This document shows, piece after piece, positions 25,618-37,467 of a stretch of 64,000 bases of DNA. Source of the stretch: Chlorokybus atmophyticus (Eukaryota; Plantae; Mesostigma and Chlorokybus algae); NCBI GenBank assembly GCA_009103225.1, contig RHPI01002438.1, positions 936,755 to 1,000,754 on the forward strand, written 5' to 3'. A model generated the notes under the pieces. The model worked only from the letters and a program-made list of their open reading frames with translations, ran no database searches and was not told the origin of the DNA. The stretch's first letter is position 1. Every line of letters begins with the position of its first letter. The position numbers and the translations under genes are program-made.

Positions 25618-27059
25618 CCTGCTCGGAGCACGCAGTCACGCAGTCAGAAGCAGTGCCATGTGTTGCAAATTAGCTGTGGTGCACACAACCATGTGCACGT
25701 GCGACCTAACAGTCTCAGAGAGGACGTTCTTCGCATTCCATTCTCTACCATACATGATGACCATGTCAGCAACTCTTTGCTATGCAAGAAGTATTAGCAA
25801 AAAATGCAGAAGTGTTAACATGACAACCATGTCCCGGCCATTCAGACAACGCACTGTTGTTGTGCGGTCGTCCCAGTCAACATAGCGTACGCAAAGTGCA
25901 CATGACCAGCTCCCTCAGGTGGCACTGACGGCTGTCGTGGTCAACACTGGCTCCGGCATGCTGTTTTCATTGACATTGATGAATCGTGTCTAGTCTTACA
26001 ATCCAAGCGAAGCTTACATGTACAGTTGCATGCACCCGACGTCAAGCGGCTAAGTTGTGAGCTGTCGCAACCAAAGCTACCAATCCGCCGTGCATGCCTT
26101 GATAGGTAATTACAGCTGCTGCGCCAGCAACAAACCTAGCAGCTAGCACCACGCACTTTGACTGACGTGAACGCTGCATGTCACAATGACAAACTGGCTA
26201 CAAGCGCACCTGCGAGGCTGGCGCGTGGGGCGGAGCGCAAATCCTGACTGCTCGACCACAAGACAGCACTCTGCTCAACGCCTAGCTTTCAGCAAAAAAA
26301 CACAAGGCTCACTCAGCTAAGCTCAGGGCGTGAAGTTCAGCTCAGAACAGCAAGTAATTTGGCTGCATACACTCAGATTTTCTGCCTGCCTGTCTGCATA
26401 ACGCTGAGTGCGCTGGATCCACTACGGGGAGCACAGCGTTTACCATATGACAACACCCACCCGAACAATACTACATCACAGCTCAGTGCCTTACCTCCCT
26501 GCCGCCCCCGCCACCACCACTGCCGCCGCCGCCGCCGCCGTCCCTGCCTTGCATGCAAGTGGCAACGGCAGGCAGTGACTGTGCTTGAGGGTTGTCGTGA
26601 ACAATACCAAACAGCAACGAACACCTTTTTGGCATGCAAGATGGAGAGGACACTGCTGCTGCTATACTCTGTAGCCGCAACTGCTGTTACTGCGTGCACA
26701 GGGTGAAAACCAATCTCTAGCAAAGTGGATATCGTGCATGGGGTGTAGGCCTATGTGGCATTGTGTCACTGCATTGACACAATGCCAAACAGGTGCAACA
26801 CATGAGGGCGGAGAGGGCGTATGCAGAACAACAAGCACGACGATAAAGCAGGCAAGCAATGCGCACAAGCGGCACACTGCAAGGCACCGTTGTTTTGTGA
26901 TAAGCAAGTGTTATCGGAAGCCACAACACATGATCTGCAAGCAATGGTAACGAATGCCGTTCACAGATGGCAAACTCTGTAGGATTGAACTGGAAGCGGT
27001 TTTGGCAGGCACAGCTTTGCAAGTGTCAACAGCCTGTTAATTATGAAAGCTGCTGAGCA

Positions 27060-28600
27060 GTATACAGCGATAGCTTGTTGTCGTTGTGCAACACTCTCTC
27101 CGTCCTCTTGAATGCGTGCGTGCACAGGCGCGTGTGGATTGTCTCATGCATTGTCCCATGCACGCATGACAGCCACGTTGCCACGTATACAAACCGCTAC
27201 GTTGTGCATGTAGCTAGTCAGCCAACATGCTACCACACACTCGACCCCCATTTGGGTGGGGTTCTCCCATTCGCTCTGGTCCGTCACGTGCGTGTAACGG
27301 TTACACGCACGCGCTCGCGCCGCAGCCTGCAAGCGCACACACACACACAGACACACACATATACACACACGCACTTACGCACGCACGCACGCACGCACGC
27401 AGCCACTCCTATTTTGTATTGATCTTTACCTTCCGACCAGTGACGGGAGGAGTCCAAGGCGTTTGGCTGTGGTGCTCGGGAAGGGTACGTGGTTGATCAT
27501 GATGTTGTTGATGTTGCGGGCGCATGTGGCGAGGACGATGGCGGCGGTGTGTGTGCGTGTGCGTGAGAGTGATGGCGAGTGAGAGCGCGACAGTGAGGGT
27601 GAGGGTGCAAATGCGTGTGAAGTGGTGTTCTGCTGTGAGCGCCTGATTGAATGTCGGCCAGTAACGCAAGCTTCCGCAGCAGGCAGAGTCACCTCCTCCT
27701 GCGGACACCTGTGACATTCAACAAATTGTTCAAGTTGAAGAGCAACTCCACTGGAGTTGTACGCTGAGCGCAAGGGGTGCGACACTGTATATGCGCGAAG
27801 GGCACCCACACGCGTGCGAACCTCATCGCCTTAGCGATGGTTTGAAACACCCATCTGTGTAAGAACAACAGAGGAACGTGCATTTCTGGTCTGGTCACGC
27901 GGAGAGAGAGCGTGCGCTGCGTGGGTGTTGATGGGGTGGTGGTGGTGGTGGTGGGCACACAAAGGCACAGATACTACTGCGTACGAGGAGACAAAGTGCG
28001 TGCATGCCAACACACATACATGCCAGATGAACGAAGCCGGCATGTGCCACAGCATGTGTGCGCATGAAAGCCAACAGTCTTAGTGGTTCACAAGCATGCC
28101 TGCCAGCAGACCTGTGAAGAGCTTTGAGAAGCTCACTGCTGGCTCCTGGCTGAGGGCGTTGCTTCCAACGGATAGCCTCCAACAAGGCTACGTTGGTGCC
28201 AGCAGGAGGCGGCATACTAGGTCGTGGTTCCTAACAGGTTGGCTACCCTACTTGCTGCACTGCTTCAGATCCCATCACACAGCACATAGGGCACGTAGTT
28301 AAGAGTTAGGAAGAACCCGGGGTGGTGTTAATTAACTGTATGTGGGCTGCTGTTGTATGTGCCTGACGTGCGTGGATGCTGCTGCTATAGGACACAACCT
28401 GCCTGTGCACGTGTGATTATACGGTCTATACCCTATGTACACAGCAAGAGAAGAAGCAGGCGCCCTGAGCTCCTAGGACAACAAAAACACCAAACCCCAC
28501 AATGCAAAGGGACGTCACACAGACACACTTGCAGGTCGGTTGCTAGTTCTGTTCTTTTCAACATTGGTGTTGTTAACGACAACCCCAAGCATGTAGACAA
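27060..28600 (-). pseudogene. Degenerate partner segment X2, divergent from F-box copy C
   Basis: Homologous to X1. For example ATGCACAACGTAGCGGTTTGTATACGTGGC (minus, about 27170-27210) matches ATGCACAACGTAGCAGTTTGTATACGTGGC (about 23477-23506), and the RVWVPF and DQSxWENPT blocks are shared. Confidence 0.35.
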
Positions 28601-29641
28601 GCAGGTGAGAGCTTGCCGCTTGTGACAAGGGTTTGAGCAGTCACCTTTTTGAGCAAAGCGTCACAGTGACTGATGCCGGTGCTACTTGCATGCACAAGGC
28701 AGCGAAGCAACGGCGGCGGCGGCGGCGGCGGGGAGGTAAGGCGTTGCTGGCCTGTACCGGAGTGTCGTTTGGGTGGGTGTTGTCATGTGGCTAAGGATGT
28801 TCTATACATGTGGTGGATCAACCCAGTCAGCGTTGCATGCGTCTGCAGGGCGAGGATTGTCGCCTCACTCAGCGTGAGGACCATATGCATGCTGCCGTGC
28901 TGAGCTTAGCCTAACGCCCCTGTTCTCAGCTGAGTGAGAGAGCCTTGACTCCTCTGGCTAAAGCATTACGGAAAAGCTAGGGGTTGGGTGCTGTGTTGTT
29001 CAAGCAATCAGCTGTCTTGCTGCGACCCACAAGGAAGGCTCGCAGGTGAGCTTGCACTAAGCTGTGTGTCACATGCAGCAATTACCTTGCGTCACAGAGC
29101 TTGTTGCTATTTCAACTATTGCTGCGATAGCAGCTGATAGGGCAACTCAAGCAGTTGCTACCGCAGCATTATGTTGAACCCTGTGAAGGCATGCACTATG
29201 CACAGACTGAAAGCTATGGCTACGACAGCTGAATTCTTCACCGCTGGATACTTAGCCGCGCAACGTCAGGTCTATGCAATTATGGCTGTAAGCTGTCAGT
29301 TGCCAGCTTACATTGTAAGCTGGCAACTGGCAGCTTCGCTTAGTTTGAGTAGGACATATACCAACGAGTCAGTGAGACAGCATGCGCCGAAGTCAGTAGT
29401 GACCACGCAAATTGTCAGTCGGGAAACTAGTCTTGTATACTTTGGGCATGCATGATGACTGTGGGACTGTGCGCTGCACAACGACAGTGCGTTGCTACAT
29501 CTGGATCAAGAAATAAGAATGTACTGAGTTGGGAAGTGCTCTGAAATTGTCAGGTTGCACGTGGTTGTGTGCGCCACGAGGCACTACTGAACAGATGGCA
29601 CTACTTTTCGACTGTGTAACTGCGTGACTGTTTCAAGCAGG

Positions 29642-30322
29642 ATGCAGACGGAAGGCTCCCTGCTGCCTTACGAAGCTGTAGCAGCAAATGGCGACCTGAT
29701 GTTCACAGTCATTCAGCAGCTGAGCCCACGAGACCGCGCGCTGGCCGCCTGCGTGAACAGGACTTGGAGAGAAGTAGCTGCACATACGGAGGATGAGTAC
29801 TATCGGCAGCGCTGGCCAGCCAGCATGCATGAGGACTTGAAGCTTCATGCACGCCTGTGTCACGATCGCATAAGCATGCAAGCGTTGAGAGCCCAGCCGG
29901 AAGTTGTTGTGTTGGGCTTCTATATGATGATGCAAGGTGGGCGCAACTTGTTTGGGCCAGCAGAACCAACTGTTTGGTCGAACACGCAAATACCGGAAGT
30001 CCTTGGCTGCCAGTTTCTTCACCTTGATGTGCGTGATGCTGAGCTTGCTAAACGTCAGCCCTTGAGAGATGCATTGAGACTTATGAAGGGTGGGCCTCCT
30101 GATGGCATCGACGCCTTTGCCATGAGAGTTAAAGACGGAGAGCTGCTGCATCTGCAGACAAAGGAACTTCCTGACAACACTGGAGTGCCTTGGCCCAGCT
30201 GTATTGGTGAACTTGCATTTGCGCTTATTGTCATGGCTGGTATGCGGGACAGACGAAAGGCTGAAGAAGCCACCAGACAATGTCACATTCACCACGATGG
30301 CTGTTGCAAGGCTGCTGACTGA
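29642..30322 (+). CDS. F-box-like protein, copy C (226 aa, intact single coding exon)
   Basis: LMFTVIQQLSPRDRALAACVNRTWREVAA F-box-like motif. The 5' UTR exon has a (GGC)6 tract ending GGGAG|gtaag (donor 28736), and the acceptor CAG|G lies directly before the ATG. Confidence 0.7.
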   Translation: MQTEGSLLPYEAVAANGDLMFTVIQQLSPRDRALAACVNRTWREVAAHTEDEYYRQRWPASMHEDLKLHARLCHDRISMQALRAQPEVVVLGFYMMMQGGRNLFGPAEPTVWSNTQIPEVLGCQFLHLDVRDAELAKRQPLRDALRLMKGGPPDGIDAFAMRVKDGELLHLQTKELPDNTGVPWPSCIGELAFALIVMAGMRDRRKAEEATRQCHIHHDGCCKAAD

Positions 30323-31358
30323 AACCTACTTCATGAAGGGACGACACAATGTCACCAACTTGTGGTGATTTGTTCAACCGCTTCAAGGCAGGAGAGCAGA
30401 GGTGCTTATGCAGTGCTTGCGAAAAAGATTGCAACGCAGGCCTCTGTGCATCAGGTATTAACATGTACAGTTTGTTAGGTAGTAGATAGGGTGATACAGG
30501 CGGCGGCTGCTGTGCTGTGTGTGGTGCTGTATGTGGGTGGATGTGATGGTGTGTGTGGCGTGGCGTGTGCTGTGAAAATTGGCTAGTGTCAGCGTGCGGG
30601 ACTGGCACAACACCTGTACATATGTATATACGAGGTGATGAGTGTGTGGTGACACGTTGGTCTGCTGGTAGCAGATGGTGCTGTGTTTCAGTCCTAGACC
30701 CAGGACCTGTGTGCACTGGAGTTGCCTACCCGGTACACTTGTATCGAGTAGAGTGTGAGATGTTGCGCTGCGACTATAACAGTTGCTGCATGCTTAGGGC
30801 ATGAGTCGTGATCACTCCAGGCTCGCACAGCCAAGGCAGTGAGGGGTACGGCAGGCAATAGGGGCACCAGATACAAGGGGCTGCAGCTGAACCCTATGCG
30901 TCTATGTGCAATGCGGGGGAAGGCAGGCGGTAGATATTGGAGGTTCACCACCCAACAAATCTACAATCTGCAGCGCCACAATGCTGGCACTGTTGTCATG
31001 ACAGCGGAGATCGTCAGTCTCCTGTAGTCGGCAATCCTCTCGTTTCGTTTGCAAGTAACGTGTAGTACTGCTCATGTTCGTGTAAGGTTGTGTAGCGTTC
31101 ACGGTTGATGCACAAACGCTGCTATCTATGCCACCAGGGATGACACTGTCTTGCACTATACATGCCATATCAAGGGACCTCACTGCAAATGTGCCAACCA
31201 GTCTGCATGTCCACACCTAAGACATGGTAATCAGGTAAAATCCCTGTACAATACTGGCACAGCATACAAGCATGCATCAGCGTCAAGCCCCAGTGCACTG
31301 CTAGCCAGGCCATCCGCGTACAAGCAGCGCCTAACCGCCAAACCAATCGATCTTGTCC

Positions 31359-33934
31359 TCATCGGCGCTGGTTAGCAGTATTGAACAGCTCATAAGGACT
31401 AGCTTCCCCCAAGAGCGCTGCCCTGATAGACTCAAAGTCAGGAGCCTTGCGCCTCTGCTGCTGCACCCTCCTCGGCCTGTATCTTCGCCTCGGTGCTTCT
31501 GTTTCTTCAAACCTCAACTCCAAGTCTGTCTCATCCACTGCGCGTGTTGGCTTCCTCATTGCACGCGCCCACTCGTCCACTACTCGCGGGTCGACATATC
31601 TAGTACGCAGTCGTGGCGTGCAGTCGTACACATACGCATCACCCTCTTTCTCCAGCAGAGGTGATGACGTTGATGGTGATGAAGGTGGTGATGATGGTGA
31701 TGGCGATGGTGATGGTATTGGCGTGAAGTCCAGGAAGTCATCATCTCTTGGCGCACCAGCAGCAGTAACAGGCTGACCCGCGCGCCTTGCAGCCTCGCTG
31801 TTCACTCTCTCAACATATGGTCGTCTTGGCCTCGCGGCAAAGGCCGTGTAGGGGTCGTCTTCAGCCTGTTTTCGTCTGCAGATGGACGCAAAACTTCAAA
31901 CATTCATGTATTTAAGAGGATGGGCACATCGGCTGGTCGCTACAATCACACTGATGCTGAGTGTATCTATCGATGCATGCAAACTGGGAATGGCTGTGCT
32001 AGCCACTGGCACAGCTAAACTTGTACGATGGCACAATGCGAAGCTCTTACCTGCGCCTCTGAGGCGTTCTCAAAGGTTGCTCCCGCATGCCAGGCTCTGC
32101 AAACAAGCCTGCAACCCATCGCCCGAAACCCGTGCGTGTATCTCTCGGCCAGAGATCATCATCATAGTAATCATATCCTGCAACCCAAAGGTTCAGTACG
32201 AGTCAGGTAACCAAAGTGCTGCAATCGGTTGGATTGATAGAATGATGCACAAGTGACAACTTGACTGCATACCATCATAGCTGGTAGATGCTCGCGGGCG
32301 TCTGTCTGGTTCATCAACCTCACGCTCATCTCTGATGAACTCAGCAGCCTGATTGCGTGATTGGGGTGCTGCGGTGGCACGGGACAACCTGTCGCGCATC
32401 TTTGCTTCTCGTAGCTGTCGCGCCCGCTCCATGTCTAGCCTCACCTGCTCTGCTCTTACACTCGCTTCGCGATGTTGCTGCATACACAGTGGTCGTCATC
32501 AGCTTACGTCAAGCTGACAGCTCTGATCTGGAAGCCACTGAATGGATGCCAGACCAGCATCTGACGTTAGGTGACATGTAGCATGCATGCGCACATGCTA
32601 AAACGATAACACATGCAAGTTCGTGTGTATGTGGATGCGTGCATGCACCCACACATGCACACATATACGCGCACGCACTTTCATGCTCGTACCCCACACA
32701 TGCACGCGTGCAGACACACGTGCACCCGCCCACGAATACAGACACACACATACACACGCAGACGTGCACGCGTAGACATATGCTTGTTTGCACCTAGTCA
32801 CCACTTGCGGTTCAGATTGTTGACTACTTAACAGGTGCTGTGGCTTGAGCACTGCCACTTGCAAACAACGCGCGCATTGATCGCATACGCGCGTACGCAA
32901 TTTCTCCAGCTCCACACACACGACTCCAAACAGACCCCAACACACTCACACACATCCCACCTGTGCCATCCTCCTCTTCATCCCACCATCCCTCCTCCTC
33001 CCCTCCCTCTCCGCCCTCTCCCTCTCCCTCCCCTCGGCTCGTTCCAACTCCAGCCGCGCCTCCCGCTCGTCCCACTCGCGCCACGACTCGGACTCTGGGG
33101 AAGGCTGCGGGGTGCTGCGTTGGGAGGGGGAGGGACGGCCTGAGGACTGTTTTGGGGGAGAGGGAGAAGGGCGTGGTTAGATGGGTGTGAGGGTGTGTGT
33201 GGGGACGGTGTGGGAGTTGCGGGCAAGCACATGCAGCGTGCGTTTGCAAGCTGAAGTAGTAGGAGAATGCAATAGGTAGGCATGTGCAAAACGGTGGGTT
33301 ATCCAGATTGTCCCTTTGCGTGACTCTGCGTGCATGCGTGCGTGGATGGGCTTGCGAGTTCAGGCAGCGAAATGATGAATGCTGAAGAACAAAACAATAA
33401 GAAAGGGAAAGTTCCTTGCGAGCAGCATCATGCCAATGCGCTGGTATGCAATGCATTCACCCAAGCAATTCTCACACATGGGCACAACAGGTCATATCCT
33501 AAGCTTTTTGCTTGCAATGCCTGGATGCAGTGCTGTGGGCCATCAAGCATCAGAGCCTAGCACGCCATGGTAAACAAAACTGACCACTGCTTTCTTATCC
33601 AAGAATGGCTTTACGTTCCCCTTCCTTCCAGCATACATGAACTTATATAGTACAGCCGCAAATCTGACAGCATGGGTTTGATTGTGCAGTTGAACAATTG
33701 GACAATCACACATTGCATGCAAGCGGATAAAGCCCTAGCTGACTGCTTGGTACGTACGGGCCACTGGACGCGGCGGGCAGAAGTTGGAGGAAGACGAAGT
33801 GTGCTATCGTAGCCGTAGGCAGCTCCCCCGCCGACGCGGACTCCACCTTGCCAGACCTGTGCTGCCCAACGCCGTGGCATGAAGACGGACGACGCCGCGC
33901 CGCCCAGCGCCGCCGCCGCCGCCGCCGCCGCCAT
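31359..33934 (-). CDS. Hypothetical multi-exon protein, probably organelle-targeted, low complexity
   Basis: Start MAAAAAAAALGGAASSVFMPRRW (transit-peptide-like). Coding-like exons near 33140-32965 (acidic GEGEGGEEEGWWDEEE), 32480-32270 (helical EQVRLDMERARQLREAKMRDRL) and 31880-31359 (ends PYELFNTANQRR*). No family recognised. Confidence 0.55.
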
Positions 33935-34658
33935 GGCTGCTCCGTCACACCCCCGGTCCTAAGTGGACAAATGTGAACATGCAGCTTTCATCACTGCCTA
34001 AAGATGATTGCTTGTTCAATGGCCTTGTACGCTAAGTTTTGGTGCATTCTCCGCCGCACTTTCTGTTTTGTTCTCAACAGTAGGCGCTGGTTGTATAAGG
34101 CGTGTTAACATCCTGTATGCTAGTGTGCAAAGCGGGTATGGATAGAATAGTCGAGGACTTGAGCAAGGAATACACTAATCTTACTAAGTCAAGGTCAAGC
34201 GTTTGGCCATACCTAGCAGCGACGATAGCACACAAAAAACAACAAACACATAAATACGTGTATCACTATTGTGGTATAGCCTCCTCATAGATGGTGATTC
34301 ACATCACGCCAATGCTGCGAATCGGATCTCTTTCTTTTCTGACAAGTGAGACACCCTCACAGCTTGTGCCGATGCCTAGCACAATCACAACCCCGCTAAC
34401 AACAGCAACAACACTAGCGCCTAACATTAAGCGCAGGTAACTCGTAACAATGCACACAGTATGTCCCAACGTCCGCGAACGTGGAAGAAGTGCTCCTGTC
34501 TAACTGTGTGGCTGCCATCTGGTGGTTCTCTTACACAGTTGCATCCACACCGTGCTATGTGTGCACAAACAGAGGCTGCAGCATGCGCCAGGAGCAAGTA
34601 CCTCTCGGGATCACCGCGCATACATGTTTAAGCAGTCAACTCAGGTAGATCAGGACCC

Positions 34659-37392
34659 CTACACTGTGGCGTGCTCCTGCGCTAGCAATTGCGGATGTGG
34701 ACTACTGTTGCTACCTCGGCTCGGTGATAATAGTCTGTGCAGCAGGATTCCCGCAGCTACACTAACATTGAGACTATCCACCAGGGAAGTATCTGCTGGG
34801 CACTCCACTCGCAGCATCTGCGTGCACAGCCTCCTCACTGTTGGACGCAAACCCTTGCCCTGCGCAACAGAATGGGTTGTGTCATACACCGCCAGTTCCA
34901 ATGTTTAAGTTTCAAACCAATTGACACATAAACTTTGTGACATAACAGAAATGGTACCTCGCTGCCTAGCACTAAGATGGTTGGTCCCGACACCTCAAAC
35001 TGGGCGCAGTCCACTGCATCATCGTCTGCTGCGGCGCCCAGCACTTGCCAACCGTCTTTCTGGCATTGATCCAAGAACCGCGGCATGCTGTGACAGCTGT
35101 GCACCTGGCAAGGACTCACATATCATTTGTTCAAAGGAGACTCTTGTGCGCAAACCATGTTGTGAGCATGAGCAAACAACCCTCACCTCCATCAGCTCCA
35201 TGGCGCCTGAGCTGGCCTTACTGACAGCAGGGCTGAGAGGTGCTGAGTTTCTGTGGCATGTTACCACGCCTTCCGCGCCAAGGACGTACGCGCTGCGCAG
35301 GATGGCGCCAAAGTTTTGCGGGTCTGCAACCTCATCCAAGGCAATCCATACAGGATACATTGATGTCGTGTCCGTGCGCTTGCGCTCAATGCTTAGCGTT
35401 GACACGTTGATGAAGTCTATGCGGGATGCTTTGAGAACTAGTCCCTGCACAAATCAGACGGCCTCCCTTGACTTTGTCACATGTGAGCAAACTGAAAGGC
35501 CTCGGTTGTCATAATCCTGCCAACTTGCATGAAGACGTACACCAAGGCGCATGAGCACACTGCACCAACCTGATGGGGACGGTTGTTGGACATCATGTTG
35601 AGGTCATGCTTGGACACCTTTGTGACTGTTGCTCCAGCCCTCTCTGCCAGTTGGATGGCCTTCACCACCAGACCGCTGCGCACAATGAGCGTATGTTGGG
35701 CACTGATACTAGCCATGAAAGCTAGTAAACCGGGTAGTATTATGAATCATTTACTGTCACATACCCGTCCTTGCGCTTCTTCAGATCCATGGAATCCTGA
35801 GTGCAAAGCTCGTACACCTGCCTGCGTTCGCTCTGCAAGCGAAAGCACAACGTCAGAACAGCATGGAACAACTCAAAAGCGTTGCTTTTTGCAGATATCA
35901 CATTATCATAACAGCGCACCTTCAGGGCAGCAATGACTGGTGCAACGCCATAGATGATGCTCGCGTCCCTATCCGCATCTGAGTACGAGGTTTCCTCCCC
36001 TTCCTCCCCTTCCTCCCAGTCATCTTCGGCCCTGGCTTCGTCCGACCAGCTAGGTGTGGAGGGTTCTGCATCCGGATACCCCTTGCGCGACTGCCGATCT
36101 GCAATGCAGCAGGGCTAACATAAAAACATAACAACGCAGCTGCCAGTTGCTGAACACTACAAAAATTTCGCAATCGCGCCTCATACAATGACATAACCAA
36201 AGTGTTGCTGATTGCGGTACTGAACAAACACAAACGTGACTTTGTTAGGCACCAATGCCTTTCACCAACAGGCCCGTTTCAACAAGACAGACACCAAGAA
36301 CCTTCAACCACGCAACCAGTAGGCTTGATGCCAGATAATGCGTGCAACAAGCAAAACCAAATGTGGCTTATACCATTGCACGCTGTTGCACTAACTAGTC
36401 ACAAGTGCGCGCGCCCAAAGTTACTACAGGTATGCAATGCTTGCATACCTGTCCGCTCTGCTATGCTGAAAGTGCGCACTCTCCTCTCGGCTGGCGCATC
36501 CACGCCATCCCGTGTGTCACGATCTTGCCACCTTGGCTTGGCTCCAGGCTTCTGGACGCTGAAGCGCCGGTCGCCTTGCTGCTGCTGCTGCCAGCGTTCT
36601 GGCCTCGAGGTATTATTAGAGTAGCCTCCAGCCCCGCGCCTGTCACCATCACTACGTTGGCCACCAAACTTGCTGCCACCGCCTCGCTGCTTCCACTCAC
36701 TCACACCGCTGTCATTGTACCTGCAGAAGTTGTCCTTGTATGAATGCAGCGTTGACAGTGTTGATACTACATCATCGCATGCATTGTAGCAATAACGTTA
36801 CTTTGAGGCTGCATTGTACAAGCTGAGTGGCTACGAACCCGCTGACTAGCAGACTGTGACTGGATATGACGATGAATCTAGCAATGCGCTGACATGCAGC
36901 GCACTTGGGGAACTGGTGTATTGTAGGGTGTAGCAGCAAGCGTATGCAAGACGATGTAAACAACTGCCATGCTCTTCGCATTGGACAAATGAAAGCAAGA
37001 ACGCAGAGTATACATGCATTGCCTCAGCTCAAGCTCAGCTCAGGCGCATGACAACGACGCAGTGCAGCAAACCTGTCCTCGGAAGCCCTACCAGGGTACC
37101 CAGCGCCCTGCTGCGGCCTGCTGCCACTCCTTTCTTTTATTCGCCAGCTGGCTCCACCATCTTCTCTGTCTTCAGCTGCTGCCGCTCGCACACCACCACC
37201 GGCAGCCTTCCTGCTGTAACTTTTCCCCCTCCTCAATGCCCCCTCCTCAGCAAACTTCCCATACTCCTGCACGCCCGCAGCCACACGCAGAGAGGCGGAG
37301 CTGGAGGAGGAGGTGCAGGAACCCACCCTTACTCTCACCCTGGTCAACACCCCAGCTCTGCACACCCACCCCGCCGCCACCGCCGCCGACAT
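34659..37392 (-). CDS. MRM1: SpoU/TrmH-family rRNA 2'-O-methyltransferase (MRM1/RlmB-like), organelle-targeted; 8 exons
   Basis: IYGVAPVIAALK, NRPHQGLVL, LDEVADPQNFGAILRSA, VSKASSGAME, LVLGSEGKGLR and DSLNVSVAAGILL are SPOUT motifs. In-frame GT-AG exons; Ala/Arg/Ser-rich N-terminus. Confidence 0.9.
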
Positions 37393-37467
37393 TGCAAACA
37401 CTTGCGCAAACACTGCCCCTTCTCTCCAACCCTAATTCTATGCTTGTGCTTGCGCGTGTGGTTCTTC
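37393..37467. promoter_or_regulatory. 75-bp interval between divergent start codons (bidirectional promoter or overlapping 5' UTRs)
   Basis: MRM1-like ATG at 37392 (-) and ClpP ATG at 37468 (+). Contains the telo-box-like AACCCTAAT at 37428-37436. Confidence 0.6.
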
